Below are positions 39,467 to 53,725 of a stretch of 64,000 nucleotides of DNA, piece after piece. The stretch is from Azolla caroliniana. Lineage: Eukaryota > Plantae > Polypodiophyta. Made by a program: the position numbers and the translations under genes. Position 1 is the first letter of the stretch, and every line of letters begins with the position of its first letter. The notes beneath the pieces are model-generated. The model saw nothing but the letters and a program-made list of their open reading frames with translations. It was not told the origin of the DNA and did not search any database. Where the stretch lies: assembly GCA_043228905.1 (NCBI GenBank), contig JBHGNT010000005.1, positions 23,994,001 through 24,058,000 of the forward strand, given 5' to 3'.

Positions 39467-39563
39467 TAGAAGTTGATCCTAGGTCTCTATCTAATCCTTA
39501 GCCATCAATACCATGGTTCACTTTGAAGGTTGTGTAATAGATAGAATTGACTCACTCTAATCT

Positions 39564-39803
39564 CATATCATCTTTCCTTAAATGTGCTTCATCATAGTTT
39601 CTCAAAATTAATTGCTTGCTTCTTAGTACACTTTGTAGAGCCATTTCCAATAATGCAATATTCACATAAGTTGAACTTTAAGCATATCATCTTTCCTTAA
39701 ATGTACTTCATCATAGTTTCTCAAATTAATTGCTTGCTTCTTAGTACACATTGTAGAGCCATTTCCAATAATTCAATATTCACATAAGTTGAACTTTAAG
39801 CAC
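39564..39803. repeat. ~119-bp direct tandem duplication, 2 copies
   Basis: CATATCATCTTTCCTTAAATGT...AAGTTGAACTTTAAG at ~39564 and ~39683. Confidence 0.9.
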
Positions 39804-40028
39804 ATTCTTATTGTGCAGAGTGTTTTAAATGTGATGCCATCATTGAAAAGCTTGTTTCTCCTAACACACAATATGATCGTGTAGGAAGGTATAATACAAT
39901 CCATAGAGCACATGAATGTTGTATTATTCAATGCGCACAAAAATGTCGAATGATTTCATAGGGCCATACATGCTTTATATACATTGAGAAATGGTGCCAT
40001 TTTCTACCACATGATCGCATGCCCAAGA

Positions 40029-43000
40029 TCAATTGTGCTTATAGCGACGTTTATAAGAATCTATCATATGGTCAAAAGTATCCAGTAGTGCCACTGCTGG
40101 GGAATCAGTTAAATCCGAACTCCATTCCTGGTACAAGTGAAGGCTACCCGTAAAATCGGTGAATAATCCATCAATTTTCATGACCTCGATCCAATACTTA
40201 TATTCTTGATATGGATCTTGATGAAAATCAAAATGCAGATAGACGTTCTCATTCCTGTAGGTGTAAGGATGGACCTGAAAATCACAAATATGAAGTCAAG
40301 GAGTGTGTCAGCAAACAAGGCATCTTCTATATGACATGTTAAAGCCCATTTAACGGGTGTGCAAAAGAGAGGGTGCATTCTGAGCCCCTATATATGCAAA
40401 AGCTTTTGTGTGACAATTTTCACTAATATTTTGCCATGTGCTTAGTGGATTATGTAGTTTTCGTGAAGTCAAAATAAGCAAAGAAAGTAATGTTATGGTC
40501 TACAAAAGGCCGAAATTACCTTTGCGACCAAAGCATCTACACCAATATATAAAACTGACATAATTGCATCTCATCATAAATATGATAAGAGACTCTATAC
40601 ACAAATTAAAAACTTAAAATTTAGGTGTTGCTTTCTCCTCATGTCCTTCATTGAATTATTCAATAACAAGGATCACAATAGTATGTTATACAATAACATC
40701 CCCTCTTTCAGAAAATAAATGAGCAAGAGGACCCTACAGATGAAAATTAGTAGGCAAGAAGACCCTCACTTTGGCTAACCTTTCTGATAAGGTATGTAAT
40801 ACTGTCAAATTTAGTTTTCCTTAGTTGACATTCAAGTTCTTAAACAACTCAATGAACTACCATTTACGGAATACCATTCCACTTTAAACACATTCATAGA
40901 AAGATGGGATTTTAAAGTTTCTGGTGTATTCAGCTAATGTCAAAATCATGGACATGGTATCTCTTTCATCGTCTTCTTGGCCATCGGACACTATCATGAA
41001 AAACATGATCAATATAATTCCCCGATGACACCATGAATCATGATGAATATTCGATCTTCCTCCCTGATGCTAGCATTAAAGAGGAAGTTGGTCCCTATAT
41101 AGCTGGCATCCCAGGTGCAGGGTTCTTTGCACATGTTAAGCCTTGGGATCCTTCATTTGAGGTTCTTACAGCACATGTTACCCCTTCAGATCCTTCATTC
41201 GACCTGCTCTTCACACATGAAGAGCTTCTATCTTTTTATTATCAAATAGTCATTTTAGTTCAGGCTTAGGGGTAGTTTTGTTTCTTTTATGAAATGGTCT
41301 AAATTATCTCGTGCTTTATAACATTGTAGACTTCATGATGCACATATATAATAAAACTTATGATACATTGTATAGAAATCAGATAAAGACAGAGAGAGGA
41401 GGACCTTTAAACCACGTGCATGTGCGAGTTCCACCAGATCTGTCGGCTTCCCTAGATAATTCGCAGAATTTGGAGGTACTATAGTATCCTTCCAGGGTCC
41501 GATCCCCACAACATACTGCTTTATATAGTCTAGATATTCAGCTGAGGTGATTTCTGCATATGTCTGCATGTGCATATTCACCATGTTAGTTCTTAAAAGC
41601 ATCAACTCTCAAGTTCGACCATGAACTGCGTTACTGAAGTAAATGCTCAATTACACACCTGATTTGTATCTTGTGTTGGAACAGTAACATCGTCAATAAG
41701 AAGGATTTGTGGAGAATCAATCAGATGAGACATGTAAATCAATGATGTTGGAGCAAAGCTCTGTATAAAAAGGGGTTTTTTCCTCCATAAATCGGAAAGG
41801 TACTTTCCTGTGTAGCCATATTTGAGGAGTGTCTTCACGAATATGTCTTCAAATTGTTTTCCATTTCCCCAACTAACCTGTCATGTTCACGGATTTTTCA
41901 ACATTGAATGGAGAAATGTATATTCATGTTTGAATGTAGTATTAACAGAACAAGGTGGTTTACATGTTCATTGATGAAAACAGGGTTTTTAAGCTCAGGG
42001 TAAATCCCAACTACTCTTGAAGCATTCAGTGCAATCTCAATAAAATCTTCAAATCTTATGATTGGATATTTACCTGAAATCACAAATAAATGAAGTTAAT
42101 AACCTTGAATAGTAATACCAGGATGAACTAACACAATCGACTGAGTGCACACAATCAGCATGTTTACCATCATAAGAATGATCACGAAAGCTAAATCTTT
42201 GTCGTGTACGCAAAGTTTGTAGCTCCTCCCATGTGAAGTCCACTGCAAAGAGAGACATATTTTATTTTGAATTTGTAATCATGATTAGTCTTATTAGCCA
42301 ATTTTGGCATCTAGCCAGTGTTAGCTTATAAAACACATAGCAAGTAGGATCACACTTCATTCCATCATCATTCTCATTGACCAGTTATATCACATCATTT
42401 GCTTTTCCAAGTTATTTTTCAACACAAAAGTTATTAGAGTTACCACCAAACCATCCAGTTATGTTTGAGCCCTGCACTTCATATGTAGAAATACGATCTG
42501 CAAATTCTGGATGCTCAGCAATATCCGTGGTAACATTGAGAATTAGATCATGGAAGCATATCAATATCCCATCTTTTGTTGACAATATATCAGTCTCTAT
42601 GAAGTCTGCACCTTCCTCAATGGCTCTCTATACCAATACCCAAAATCCCAAGAAAAAACTATGTTGGTAAGTAATGCAATGAAAGTCAAGGAAAAATCAT
42701 GCAAGGTTTTATCTCAAACATGGTTCATTGCCTAATGATATAAGAACAAACCGCACATTTCCTCTGGAGTTAGGGAACCTATCTCATGCCTAATTGACTC
42801 CTTAATCGTATCAATAAAACATAGCATGATATTAAGAAACCTGAAATCTCACGCGAAATGCATAGTTTTTTAATGCTTCAACAAATCATCTATTACAAAC
42901 CAAGATGGGTTGCATTAGGAACAGTTCAGTCTGACAAGTCAAGTCTCTAGCAGAACTTTAGGACGTAGAGGGTGGCATAGCATGGATATGACAAAAACAC

Positions 43001-43596
43001 ACCTTGAATGGTTACAGTATGCATACCTGAGACATAAAGTGTCCACTAACACCAAACATGAAAAGAATATCACAATCACATAAGAGAGGGTAAAAAACTT
43101 GTGACAAGTTAGAACACATAATCTAGGTGGTTAGAAGAAAAAAAGGACTAGAAAACATGGAAATGACATCTCCTGCCAATCGATAGAAACACCCAAAGAA
43201 AAAAGCACCTAATGAATAAAAACGTGTAATAAAGATCTCATTTCCATTTCCATTACCAAATAAGCAGCTGCAGTCTCTTCTGGGAGCTCGCCATTAGAGC
43301 CTCGATGGGCAATGTTGAACGGCCGATGTGTTTGAAGAGGTGGACGATCGGAATGTAGTAATCGATGTGTTTCGACAGGTTGATGATCCGTATCGGTCAC
43401 CAATAGATGCCTTGCATGGCCTAAGATCCCCACCAAATAAAGGCAAAAGCAAAGCACCCAAAGCAAAAGCAAAACTGCACCAAAACAAGACAAAAAAAAC
43501 AAAAAATAAATATAGATTCAATTCTGTGTCTCTTTTTGAGAAGAAAACATGGAAGAAGAACTAGAAAATCTTACATGGTGTGGAAGAAGCCATCAT
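40029..43596 (-). CDS. GDPD6: Glycerophosphodiester phosphodiesterase, GDPD5/GDPD6 type, with N-terminal signal peptide; 8 exons
   Basis: Exons 43596-43575, 43474-43257, 42627-42444, 42242-42168, 42073-41964, 41877-41659, 41563-41405 and 40274-40029 are all GT-AG and in phase. Motifs NIAHRGSNGELPEET, GADFIETD, CFHD, GIYPELK, FIQSF, GIGPWK, VHPYTYRNE and DGLFTDF. GDPD5 versus GDPD6 cannot be distinguished. Confidence 0.93.
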
Positions 43597-45481
43597 ACTA
43601 GACCAAAGATTAAACTTGAGCTGTGTGGCTGAAGTGCAATCCGCATCTTTTATACATACATCCCGATGTCTTTAACTGGTTGAAAGTTCCTCCACAATTC
43701 CAGGTTCTTTGGCTTTCAGACATGAACATGGTGTGGAATCACGGATATTGTCTCACAGAATATTCCCTCTTTCCTTCGCATCTCTTTCCAACATATCCAT
43801 CCGTTTCCAAGTCAGCCCTCAACTTTCTGTCTAAATTTAATATATATCCATCCGATTCCGGCGGAATGATTGTGAGCTCAAATCTCTCTCTCTCTCTCTC
43901 TCGCAAAGTCAATCTCGCAAGAGCGGAATCAAATTGCCTCTTGCGAGTATATGCATCTTCGATTCCCCGATCCCTTTACTTCCAGGTGCACAAATCGAGC
44001 GAATTCTCATTTCCGACTCGGAAAATGGACGATGAGTCCAATCTACATGTGTACCCTCAAGGCTCCAATGACAGGCATTGACTCTTCAGTGTGGATTACA
44101 CACTTACACGTTATCTCCAATGCTATTTTACATGTGTCCCAACCCATGAGAGAATATGAAGTCATGTTTCCCACGTATCTTTTGTTGCTTCTTTATATAC
44201 TCCACTTCATCGTAGTTTAATCGCCAATGTCACCCTAAGCAAGGGGCCGAGGGTTATGATCCTACGAAAGCATTTGTTGGGACATAACCCTACGATACTT
44301 TCATTTTGTAATGTGTCTATGGCCTAAATGAGGCCATGTACAAAATTTGGGGATTTTTCTCTTTACTTTTGTGCATTCATTTCAATTCACCACCTTTGTT
44401 CAAAATATCTAGTCATCATGCACTTTGACAAACAAAAGAGATGGTAAATAGCACTTGTAGGGGTATCATGCTATTTTGCCTTGTTTGAAGCATGCCAAAA
44501 TCTCATCTTTTTGCATCTAACCTACGCATATATATCAAGTAGCTCATGTTTTAGTTAGTATATTGGCTCACTTTTCTCACTACCCATGCATACATAGCAT
44601 ATGATGTAGAGGAATCAAGATGAGGATGTTATTTTTACATCAATTGGATGAGAACATACAACATACACACGTGTTTGAAAATTGAACTATACCATTTCAA
44701 TAAAATCACATCAATGTATATACCAAGAAATATGTGCGGGAGCACATCCAATTCTCATTTTAGTGGGGATCTCCTGAAATTGTTGTCTTATCACAAATCC
44801 ACAATGCATCATTTTAGCAATAATCAATTCCAGTGATAAAAGTCACAATTTCTGCACGTATTCTAAAATAGTTTTCAAACAAATAATCATATGTCAATCT
44901 ACTCAACTCTCCCTTGGTAGCATAACTAAAGAGATGCTCTGATCAATTGATACACTCAAAAACAGACAGTATTATGCTTATGCCACATACATCTAAATAA
45001 AGTAAGCCATGAACTGAAACTAGCAAAACAGAAATGTAAAACTAGCATTGCCTTGGAAGAAAAAAAGCTCATGGGGGTCATAAATTGCCATGCTTGACAC
45101 AACTGACAAAGAGATTTAAAGAAAGAACAGTCCTGTTGCACAATCTTCCAGCCGTCAATTGGATCTATTGAGAAAATTATGCGAGCTTGTTATTCTTAAA
45201 TTTTCTCATAATTAGATATAGTTAGTTGCATGAAGCTCAAAGAGCCTCAGAATCTCAATTCAGGTGGCTCAGCCTTCCCACTTTATTTGCATGATCATTA
45301 TCAAACAAAATTGAAGTTACACCATGTCATTGGCAATAATTTCCTGTTCAATATAAAGCTTTATCTTTGTGCAGTGGATCACTAGCCAAAAGGCCGGCCA
45401 CCCTTAGGTTGAATTCATCTATTAAAGTCTCTTGCCCATGATAAAAGGGAGCCTATGTCTTAAAACATCAAATTGATCTCT

Positions 45482-46700
45482 CTATCTTCTGATGTTTAAA
45501 TCATCGAGCATAACTCGGCCAGAAGGCAAAACTCTTTCCACACGACCAACTCGACTTGGAGGCCAAATCTTGTGAGTTACTCTTCCTTTTACCAATGCAA
45601 GAGGGATCTATCAACAAAAGTTAAACTCATCATCATAATGTTTTTTGAGGGTTACCCAACAAATTTGAAAGCACAAGTAGAAATGCATGTACTTACGGCA
45701 CCAAAGGTCCTTGAATCCATTCTAACACTTCCATTATCACCCTCAACCCAACATCTACCCTTGGGAACTTGAATTATTTCATATGATCCCGGAACATTAA
45801 TCCAATCCCCTTGAAGTGCTATCAATCTCTTAACCATCCAATCATTAGGTTCCTGTGGTGACCTGTAAGCAAATGAATGCGACGAGTGAGGTTAAGATAT
45901 ACCAAAAGAGAAATGTGGTTCATTTATAGTATGGAAGAGCAACATGTATTGATTCATTGGACAAAAATCAGGACCACTCAGGGAATAACCAATGCTATAA
46001 TCATCAGCAGGTTCTCGCACTATTCACCAGTCTATCAAAAACATGACCCATATATGGAATACAAAAAGCGAACACTAGTATCATCTAACTTGCCATTTTC
46101 CATTATTTCAGAATATGTATTGCTTCATGAGAATCAGGTAAAAACGCATGACCTAAATAAAAAGACAGCTATAACGTGATAACACATTAACTATTTCATT
46201 TAATACTGAATCTATTGGTCTTTAATATGACACAAAGGCATTCCATAAAGTCACAATTGCTATCGAATGTCAATTGTGCACATATCGCATCAAAATATAT
46301 CATTTTATATCATAGAAATAATCTTATTCATTAATAAAAGGACATAGAAATTCATGTAAGACTGCCCTCCCCCTCCATTCAATCCTAATTAGTAGGGATC
46401 AAAAACTTGATGGTTGAAGTCAGGGAATTTGTCTCTAAAATATGACGTGCAAAAGAGAACATAGAATTACCTTAACAAAACAACATCGCCGCGAGAGAAT
46501 TTGAAAGATGGAGCCGAGAGTTTCTCAACAAAAACGATATCACCATTTATTATACCTGATAGGCCATGACTCCCTGGGCTGAGAGTAGGTTGCATAGAGT
46601 CACCATGGGTTCTTGCGATGCTTCCCACTGTATCTGACACCGACATCGACACTACCAGGACAGTGGCTGATCTCTTCGCTAAGGCCCACAAAAACTCCAT
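45482..46700 (-). CDS. IMP2: Mitochondrial inner membrane peptidase subunit 2 (peptidase S26); 3 coding exons
   Basis: Exons 46700-46471, 45862-45697 and 45607-45482. Catalytic GDSMQPTL and VKRLIALQGDW, plus CWVEGDN..DSRTFG and the IMP2-typical IWPPSR. Confidence 0.92.
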
Positions 46701-47420
46701 AACTGATGCACTTTATAATTGAAATGCTGTTTAAACCCAGCTTTTGTGTTACTACATAAGCATCAGATGGTGAACACCCTATCATTGCAGAAAGGCACCC
46801 GAGTGAGGTAATGTATCTGTGTATTATTGCAGACAACTACTCTGTAAAGCAGATTTTTGTACTACATATGTTATTGTATATATACATGTACATAGAGGTT
46901 ATAAATACACAAATGCATATCTATATGAGTATATATGCACACATGTACATGTAGATACACATATGTAAGCACATGAGTGTCTACACCTCTACATACAACA
47001 ATATGTGTGTGTATGTATGTATATACAGAGTCACAACAACTCCATAATTGTTGCACTTAAAATACTTTCTGCAAAAACGGTCTGCACTAGATTAGCTGGA
47101 TACTACGCAATGAAAGAAATACAACAAAGTAACATACATGCATATATAATTTTTCACGCACGGGAACACATGTATATATCAGGATCTTTATGCAGTATAT
47201 AAGCGCTTAGTAAACCTCAAAGTGTTTAATGACCGTGTGATGTGACAGCATGGGGAAGGCAAACAGAAGAACAAAAATTAACGATGCAGCATCTTAAATA
47301 TACATACCAGGAGGATGGGAGGAATGCCTTCTGAAGAATTCACCATTGGATCCCTCTTCTGTAAAGATTTAATGGCAAAGGAAGAACAACAGGGGGATTG
47401 ACACCGGAGGAAATGCAGAA

Positions 47421-47429
47421 TTAGGGTTT
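47421..47429 (-). promoter_or_regulatory. Telo-box (AAACCCTAA) near the probable 5'-UTR exon of IMP2
   Basis: TTAGGGTTT on the plus strand. A donor-like CTG|GTATGT (minus strand) at ~47307 suggests a 5'-UTR intron. Confidence 0.45.
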
Positions 47430-48512
47430 CATGAGAGTAAGCCAGAGAGGGTAATCAGCCAGTGACATGCATACATATATTGCTCTGTTTCACCCAAACA
47501 CATAATGCTCTGTTTTACACAAATAAACATACATATATGCTCTGATTTAGGCTAGCCAATGCCATGGTCTTGAGAAATTGGTCATAACTTATACATACAT
47601 ACATACATACATACATATAGGCATCTTTGGGTAGAATAAGACAACCCTCTAGTGATACATGCTACTTGGTCGGTCTGGTCTGTCGGCCCCTTTGTCACCT
47701 GAATTCTACATAATCGATACATATATACCTTTTTGTCTGCCTCGTAGTCGCGATTCATCATTTATGTCACGATTGCTTCTCGCTGAGATTAAGAATGAAC
47801 GAGAATCGCTTAGAGTTTCCCGATTAACTCAATGTGTGCCTTCTTTTCTTTTCGGAAGGCGGGGGTTGTTTTGGGGCTTAGAAACTCGTGTATATATATG
47901 GATGCATTGTACTCACGGCCATCACAACATAGCGTGGTCGATATGTAACATCAGTGACTTGAAACTAGGGATTCAAGGATCTGGGTGTGACGTGCAACAT
48001 CAAACCTCTCTCACGTTCAATGCTTTCGTTTGTTTCCAATCGATGTTCATGGCCAATGGTGGAAATTGTTTGGACTCCATTAAGTACTTCACACATAAGA
48101 AGGATTTGTTGGAAGGTTAATTACAAATAGTTTTCTTGAACCACATAAGATGAATAAATTGGCCAAATAGAACTTGGATGCATTAGAATCCACACAAGTA
48201 AAAAAGGGAGGCGATTTAGATGGACAAAACAAGTGTTTTGCTGCTTTTGAAAAAGTGAATGTATATGTGTGTGTGTGTGTGGCCATGTGGTAATGGAACT
48301 ATCCCCAATATTCTAATGTTATATGAGTTTTTGTTTCAAAAGGAAATCTTTTATGAATGAATGGCATTGAAAATCCTAGTAATATAATTTGAGCCCAAGG
48401 TTGCGAAGAGAGCTTTGACAAATTTTAATGTAAACTCGATCTAGGTTGTTCCTTGAAAGTAAGGCCGCATGCAATCACATTCTTGCACGTTCTATCCATT
48501 TGCCAAGTTAAC

Positions 48513-48656
48513 GAATCGGCCAAAACCCCCCTTATTTAAGAAGATTGAAGACCAAGGAAGTAGCAATTCCATTTCCTCAGTAAAAAGAATCGGCCAAAAC
48601 CCCCCTTCAGAAGATTGAAGACCACGAAAGTAGCAATCCGATTTCCTAAGTAAAAA
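48513..48656. repeat. ~74-bp tandem duplication just upstream of the dirigent-like ATG
   Basis: GAATCGGCCAAAACCCCCCTT..AAGATTGAAGACCA..AAGTAGCAAT at 48513 and 48587. Confidence 0.85.
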
Positions 48657-48673
48657 ATTCAAGCCAAGCACAA

Positions 48674-49258
48674 ATGGCAAACAAGGCTCCCCTAGTTTTA
48701 GGTATGGTTTCTCTACTCTTGTTGGTATTGGTGGTGGTTCCTACGGGTGCAACCTTGGCGAATAGACGGCACCAGATCGTCCTACGTTACTACTCGCATC
48801 AACAGTTTGGAGTGAACGAGTTCACGAATGTCAATGCGAGTGTGGCGGCCGTGAACGGGACATGAACGGGGGTTGGGCTCGGGGTCGTGTATGCATACCC
48901 CATCACTGCGACACCCAATGTGGCTTCTCCATCCATTGGCTTCATCCGCGGGACCTCGACTGTAGCCTCCAACACTTTACCTGCCACTTACTTTGTCGCT
49001 AGGACCGTGGTACACTACTCCGACCCCACCTTTAAGCGCACCCCCAAGTCTAAGAACAACATTGGCCTTGAAAGCACATTCACTATACAAGGCGAGGCCG
49101 ACTTTACGAGCGGCCAGCCCTGGGAGTATGCCATCACTGGCAGTACTGGAGACTTCCGCAACACGTTCGGGTATACCATTGGTCGTGTCTACTCTCGGAC
49201 ACCTACCGCCACCACGGCCATAATCGTGACCCTTTATGAAACTTACCTCTGGATCTAA
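48674..49258 (+). pseudogene. Intronless secreted dirigent-like protein with one in-frame TGA
   Basis: ORFs 48674-48865 and 48887-49258 are in the same frame, separated only by TGA at 48863-65. Signal peptide, LRYYSH, IGFIRG, FTIQG and EYAITGSTGDFRNTFGY, compared with dirigent (E)xx(I/V)xGGTGxFxxxxG. Confidence 0.7.
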
Positions 49259-51577
49259 TTACAAATGCTCTCGATCCATGGTCACATTTTGTTTTTGTTT
49301 CCTTCTTCTCTCCTCTAGCTCAACCTAATGGAATTCTCTAGGTTTTCTTCAAGATTCAATGTATTGATGATCAATTTTATTATGCATTGACAAAAAATAT
49401 ATATTTTCAGTTCTTCTACATGAGTTCAAGCATATATTTGATCATGGAGTTTTTGCTACTCAATTGGAGAATAGTGCGACTTCCTTGATGATTTTCATAA
49501 TGAATTTACAAGAAGAGACTTGAACTTGCCACTTTATTAACCAAAAACCAATCACGATTTCAAAGAGCATACATACAAGTTCGACATGTTGTCAACGATC
49601 TAAAAATATCAACGTATATGCCACTTCAATGATATGCATATATGTCACAACTAACTAACGTACATACCATCCATAATGGACACTAGGAAGAGAATAGATA
49701 AGAATTTTTTAGAACAATTGGATGTATAGGATTTCATTGTATTGTCTATTTCTTTGTATATCTTGATTGTTCCTCGTCCTGTGTTAATGGCCTTGGTGTT
49801 TTGGTGCATGTGTCATGTACCTTTACGATGCTCCCAACCCACAAACCTTATCATGTTGCAGTATCTTGTATATTATTTTGTGAAGTCGGAGGAGATGAAA
49901 AACAGGAAGTGAACTCTGACATTGAATGGCACACACTGTAGGAGTCTTATCCACGGAATAGAGAAAGCATCATCGAACATAACTTTGTAATGTCTCCAAA
50001 GTCACTAAACATTCTTCCACATATGGTCATATGGGGGCTCGGGTCCTTCTCGATCCCTTCGCTTGGGGGGTGATTAGATGGATCAACACCCTTCTTTCTC
50101 TCTCTTTCTCGTATTATCTATCATTTAATTCCTTGTCTTATGCTTGCATTTGAAATAATCTTTAACATATGGTATTCGAGTGACTTCCTAATGTTTCCTA
50201 GTTGATGTTAATTTCTTTTAGATCGTGATCGATCATTGTTTGTTCGAGCTTGCTTTAGAAAGTCATCAACAAAGGAACTTCGGTACTTCCTTTAATTTAT
50301 ATAACTAATAATAATTTTCATTCTATTTTTTGTACTCCCATTCTCAAGCATGTTTAAGTGGATATGTTAAAATGTACATCATTCAATTATATTGTATTGG
50401 TCATAATTTGTTCGTATAAAACGTACATATGTTATGTATGTGTATGAGCTCAATACCTCAATTGCCATGTATTTGTTATGCGATGTGTCGTATGCATGAA
50501 GGGTCAATACCTCAATTGCGTATCAAGTTTACTTTTATTTTTTGGATGTTATGTGTGTGTAGAGGATACATATCTTGATTACATCATTTGTTGGTTTGTG
50601 TTTTGTTAACGATTCTTTTATATATACATATGTGATCACATGTATATGTATGTGATCGTATACATGTCATAAACATACCACGTATATATTAGAAATTTGT
50701 TACATGATATTGATATGTCATATGGTGTTCGTTTCGAAGTAAGGATCTTGGTGATCAACTTCACATTTTTTGTGGGGAAGGCGTAATCACCATCCTTTTT
50801 TAACCATTATTCTTTTGTTATCCCCCTTGGTCACCTCGATTTTGCCATATGTAACGATTAAACAAACATTACCACCATTATGTGTGTAGGCAAGCATAAG
50901 GGCTTGACCCACTTCGTTCGAGGTTGCCCTTATGAAAACTACATCCTATATCCCACACTCATTACATGATAACGAGGCCATGATCAGACCATCATTACAA
51001 AAGACATTTGTAATGAAGTGACCATGTGATGGGCCACATGGGCCTACTATAAAAAAGAAGACTAGTATTGGCTTGAGTATTAAGTTTCTCCTTATGGTAT
51101 GCCATGTAACGATGAGACTTGAGGTTGGGTAATGTACCAACATAGTTTTGTAGTCAATGTGGTGGAAAGAAGGATTGTGGACCATATGTTTTTTATTTTT
51201 ATTTTTAATGGGTGTACATCGTCACACACCTCTCATATGTATAAACATTAGCATTCAATATGAGTAAGCCATTTGGTAAGCTTAAGTGTTTAATGACTTT
51301 GTTCTAGAGCATTGGAGCTCAAATATGACCAAGACCATGCAATGTTATTGATAAATACGACTATAAAACATGTTTAAACATTAAGTCTACGTGCACTTTG
51401 GGGTCCTTGTTATAGGAATTTTAAGACTTAGTTCAATTTTAACATTTTCTTGTGTATAAACTATTCATGACGCGAACCAACATGGTTAAGCCTTAGGAAG
51501 TCCCCATGGAAAAAGTCAATATAGAGATAAGGGAAAGACATTCATTTGTCACCCCCATCGTTGTTAAAACACCTTTG

Positions 51578-52325
51578 TGTTGGGAATTCGGTCCATCCGG
51601 ATGAGAACCGGAGGAGCCGGATCGGATGAGCTAGATGAAGGAACTAGATCCGGAAGTGTTCTGGATGAGACCCGGAAACCGGATCGAGTGAATCCGGATG
51701 GATCCGGTGCAAACCGGATCCAAGGACATATATTGTAAATATGTTAGAGTAAGCCCACTGAGGCTATATTTGTAAATAGCCTAAAAGTCATATAAGTATA
51801 AATATGACTTAGGGCAATCACTTTACTGGTGTAGAGAGACTTGTTGTCAATTGTTGTTGAGACACAGAGTGATACTTTGTTGTAACCGTCGCTTGGTGAA
51901 GATAGAGAGCTCGAGGTCGTTGCCTCCGAGTCTCTAATTGTACCTTTCTCATATAGTGATAGTTTGGAGTCTGTGGGCTCCCGTGGTTTTCCCTATTTAG
52001 GGTTTTCCACGTAAACATCCTATGTTCTCTATCGTTGTTTGTGTGTGTATGTGCATTCACTCCCTACTTCCCATTTTTGTGTTTGATTCTCATCGAAGTG
52101 ATTCAAGACTCGGTTGTGGCCGAGCAATATTCTGTGCTACTTCCTTCAAACTGGTATCAAAGCGAACAAAGGAAACAGAAGAATGCCTTTCTTCAAGGTG
52201 AATTAGAAGAGGAGGTGTACATGGTACAACCACCCGTCTTCGAATCCAGCATTCATCCGAAAGTCATATGCCAACTCAAGAAGCCTCTCTACGGGCCTCT
52301 CTATGGCCTCAAGCAAGCACCGTGG
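51578..52325 (+). mobile_element. Internally deleted copia: LTR and PBS joined almost directly to an RT fragment
   Basis: LTR TGTTGGG..CCTTCA at 51578-52148, rich in CCGGA. PBS TGGTATCAAAGC at 52152. Then KNAFLQGELEEEVYMVQPP..LYG(PLYG)LKQAP with a 12-bp duplication. Confidence 0.8.
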
Positions 52326-52494
52326 CACACACACATTTGCATCCGATCGTTTGTGCTAAACCGAAACATTGATTCCATGCCACATCGGACCATGCACGCA
52401 ATAGACCACACGACCGACAATAGTAGCAATGATGGCCACAAGGAATTCACGTAGAGGAAACTCTTGCATGTAACAGGTGAGGAGCGGACCTTGT

Positions 52495-52497
<3 letters not shown>

Positions 52498-52542
<45 letters not shown>
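52498..52542. repeat. (AG)n microsatellite
   Basis: About 22 AG units. Confidence 0.95.
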
Positions 52543-52544
<2 letters not shown>

Positions 52545-53033
52545 AATTCTTCGAGGACTAGGTGGGGACCCTATTTACCTAGATGAAGACCTCATTTAGA
52601 TGCAAATTGAGCTTTGCGAAACTTGTATGCCATGAGTCATGCAAACTCATAAAGAAGAGCATCGCACTTTTTACCGAGACGGACGAGTGATAATAAATGA
52701 CCACACTATGAATTGATGACGTGTGGACCATGTGACAGAAGTTAAAATCAAAATGACTTTATGGAATAGTAATCCGCACTTTGGACACACCTTGGCCGTG
52801 TAGAGGAGATTTTAAAGGTATTAGATATACTTTTCTCAGTAGAAACACAATAGAGCCCAAATAGAGGACTCCCATGAGTTGAAGTTTTTCATTTGGAATC
52901 CGCATTTAGACAAACCTCACGTTGACACACTACTAGAGGATCTAGAGGTGTTGCAATATTGTTTTGGAGAGAGCCACATAATAGGATAGAAATACTAGGA
53001 CAAACCTAGAAGTCCATTTTATGTGGGTGAAAG

Positions 53034-53570
53034 TGTTAGGAAATGGGTCCCTCCGGATGGGAAACTCGGCCGAGGTCGAAACCGAAATCGTGTAGACAGC
53101 CAACTCGGAAGACTATACTTGTAAATAGTCTAAATATGCCCTTATGGGCTACACTAGTAAATAACCCAAAAGGTGTACTAATATAAGTACTTAGGGCAAT
53201 CATGATGAATATGATGAGTCATTTGTGAAAAGTCATTTAGAAGGTTGTTGCCTCTGTAACTACGTAATAGTAAGTGAGTGAGAGTGAGAGAGTGTGTAAC
53301 TGTGTAGCTGTTTGTAGACGAAGTAGAATCTCGAGGTCGTTGCCTCAGAGCTTCTAGTTGTAGTCCTCCTTTTAGCATAGTGATTCTATTTCTCGGGGTT
53401 TGTGGACCCCCGTGGTTTTCCCATTTCGGATTTCCACGTTAAGATCGTGTGTCTTCTGTCTCTTGTGCTATTTCTATTTTTGTACTCTGTCTGAGTGCAT
53501 TCTACTTTACGTTCCCTGCACCCGAACATCCGAATGATAAGTCGGTTGTGGCCAGTCACGATTCTCGAAA
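53034..53570 (+). mobile_element. Solo LTR, same family as 51578-52148
   Basis: TSD GAAAG at 53029-33 and 53571-75. It shares CTCGAGGTCGTTGCCTC and CCCGTGGTTTTCCC with the 51578 LTR. The 3' CA appears mutated to AA. Confidence 0.75.
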
Positions 53571-53725
53571 GAAAGTCCTCACTAGGAAGGATCAGATAGT
53601 ATTTATTGCCATTTGTTACTTTCCCCCGAAATGATCCCGTTATAATATGGTTGAAGAAGCGAGATTAGTTGTTGAAGGAGTGCCACATGGGCCTTCTCCA
53701 TATGAACCTTTATCAGATGACATAA

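Noticed and set aside
51578-53570. The two related LTRs as ends of a single element
   Set aside because: They are strongly diverged, and the second has its own TSD (GAAAG) inside a LINE.
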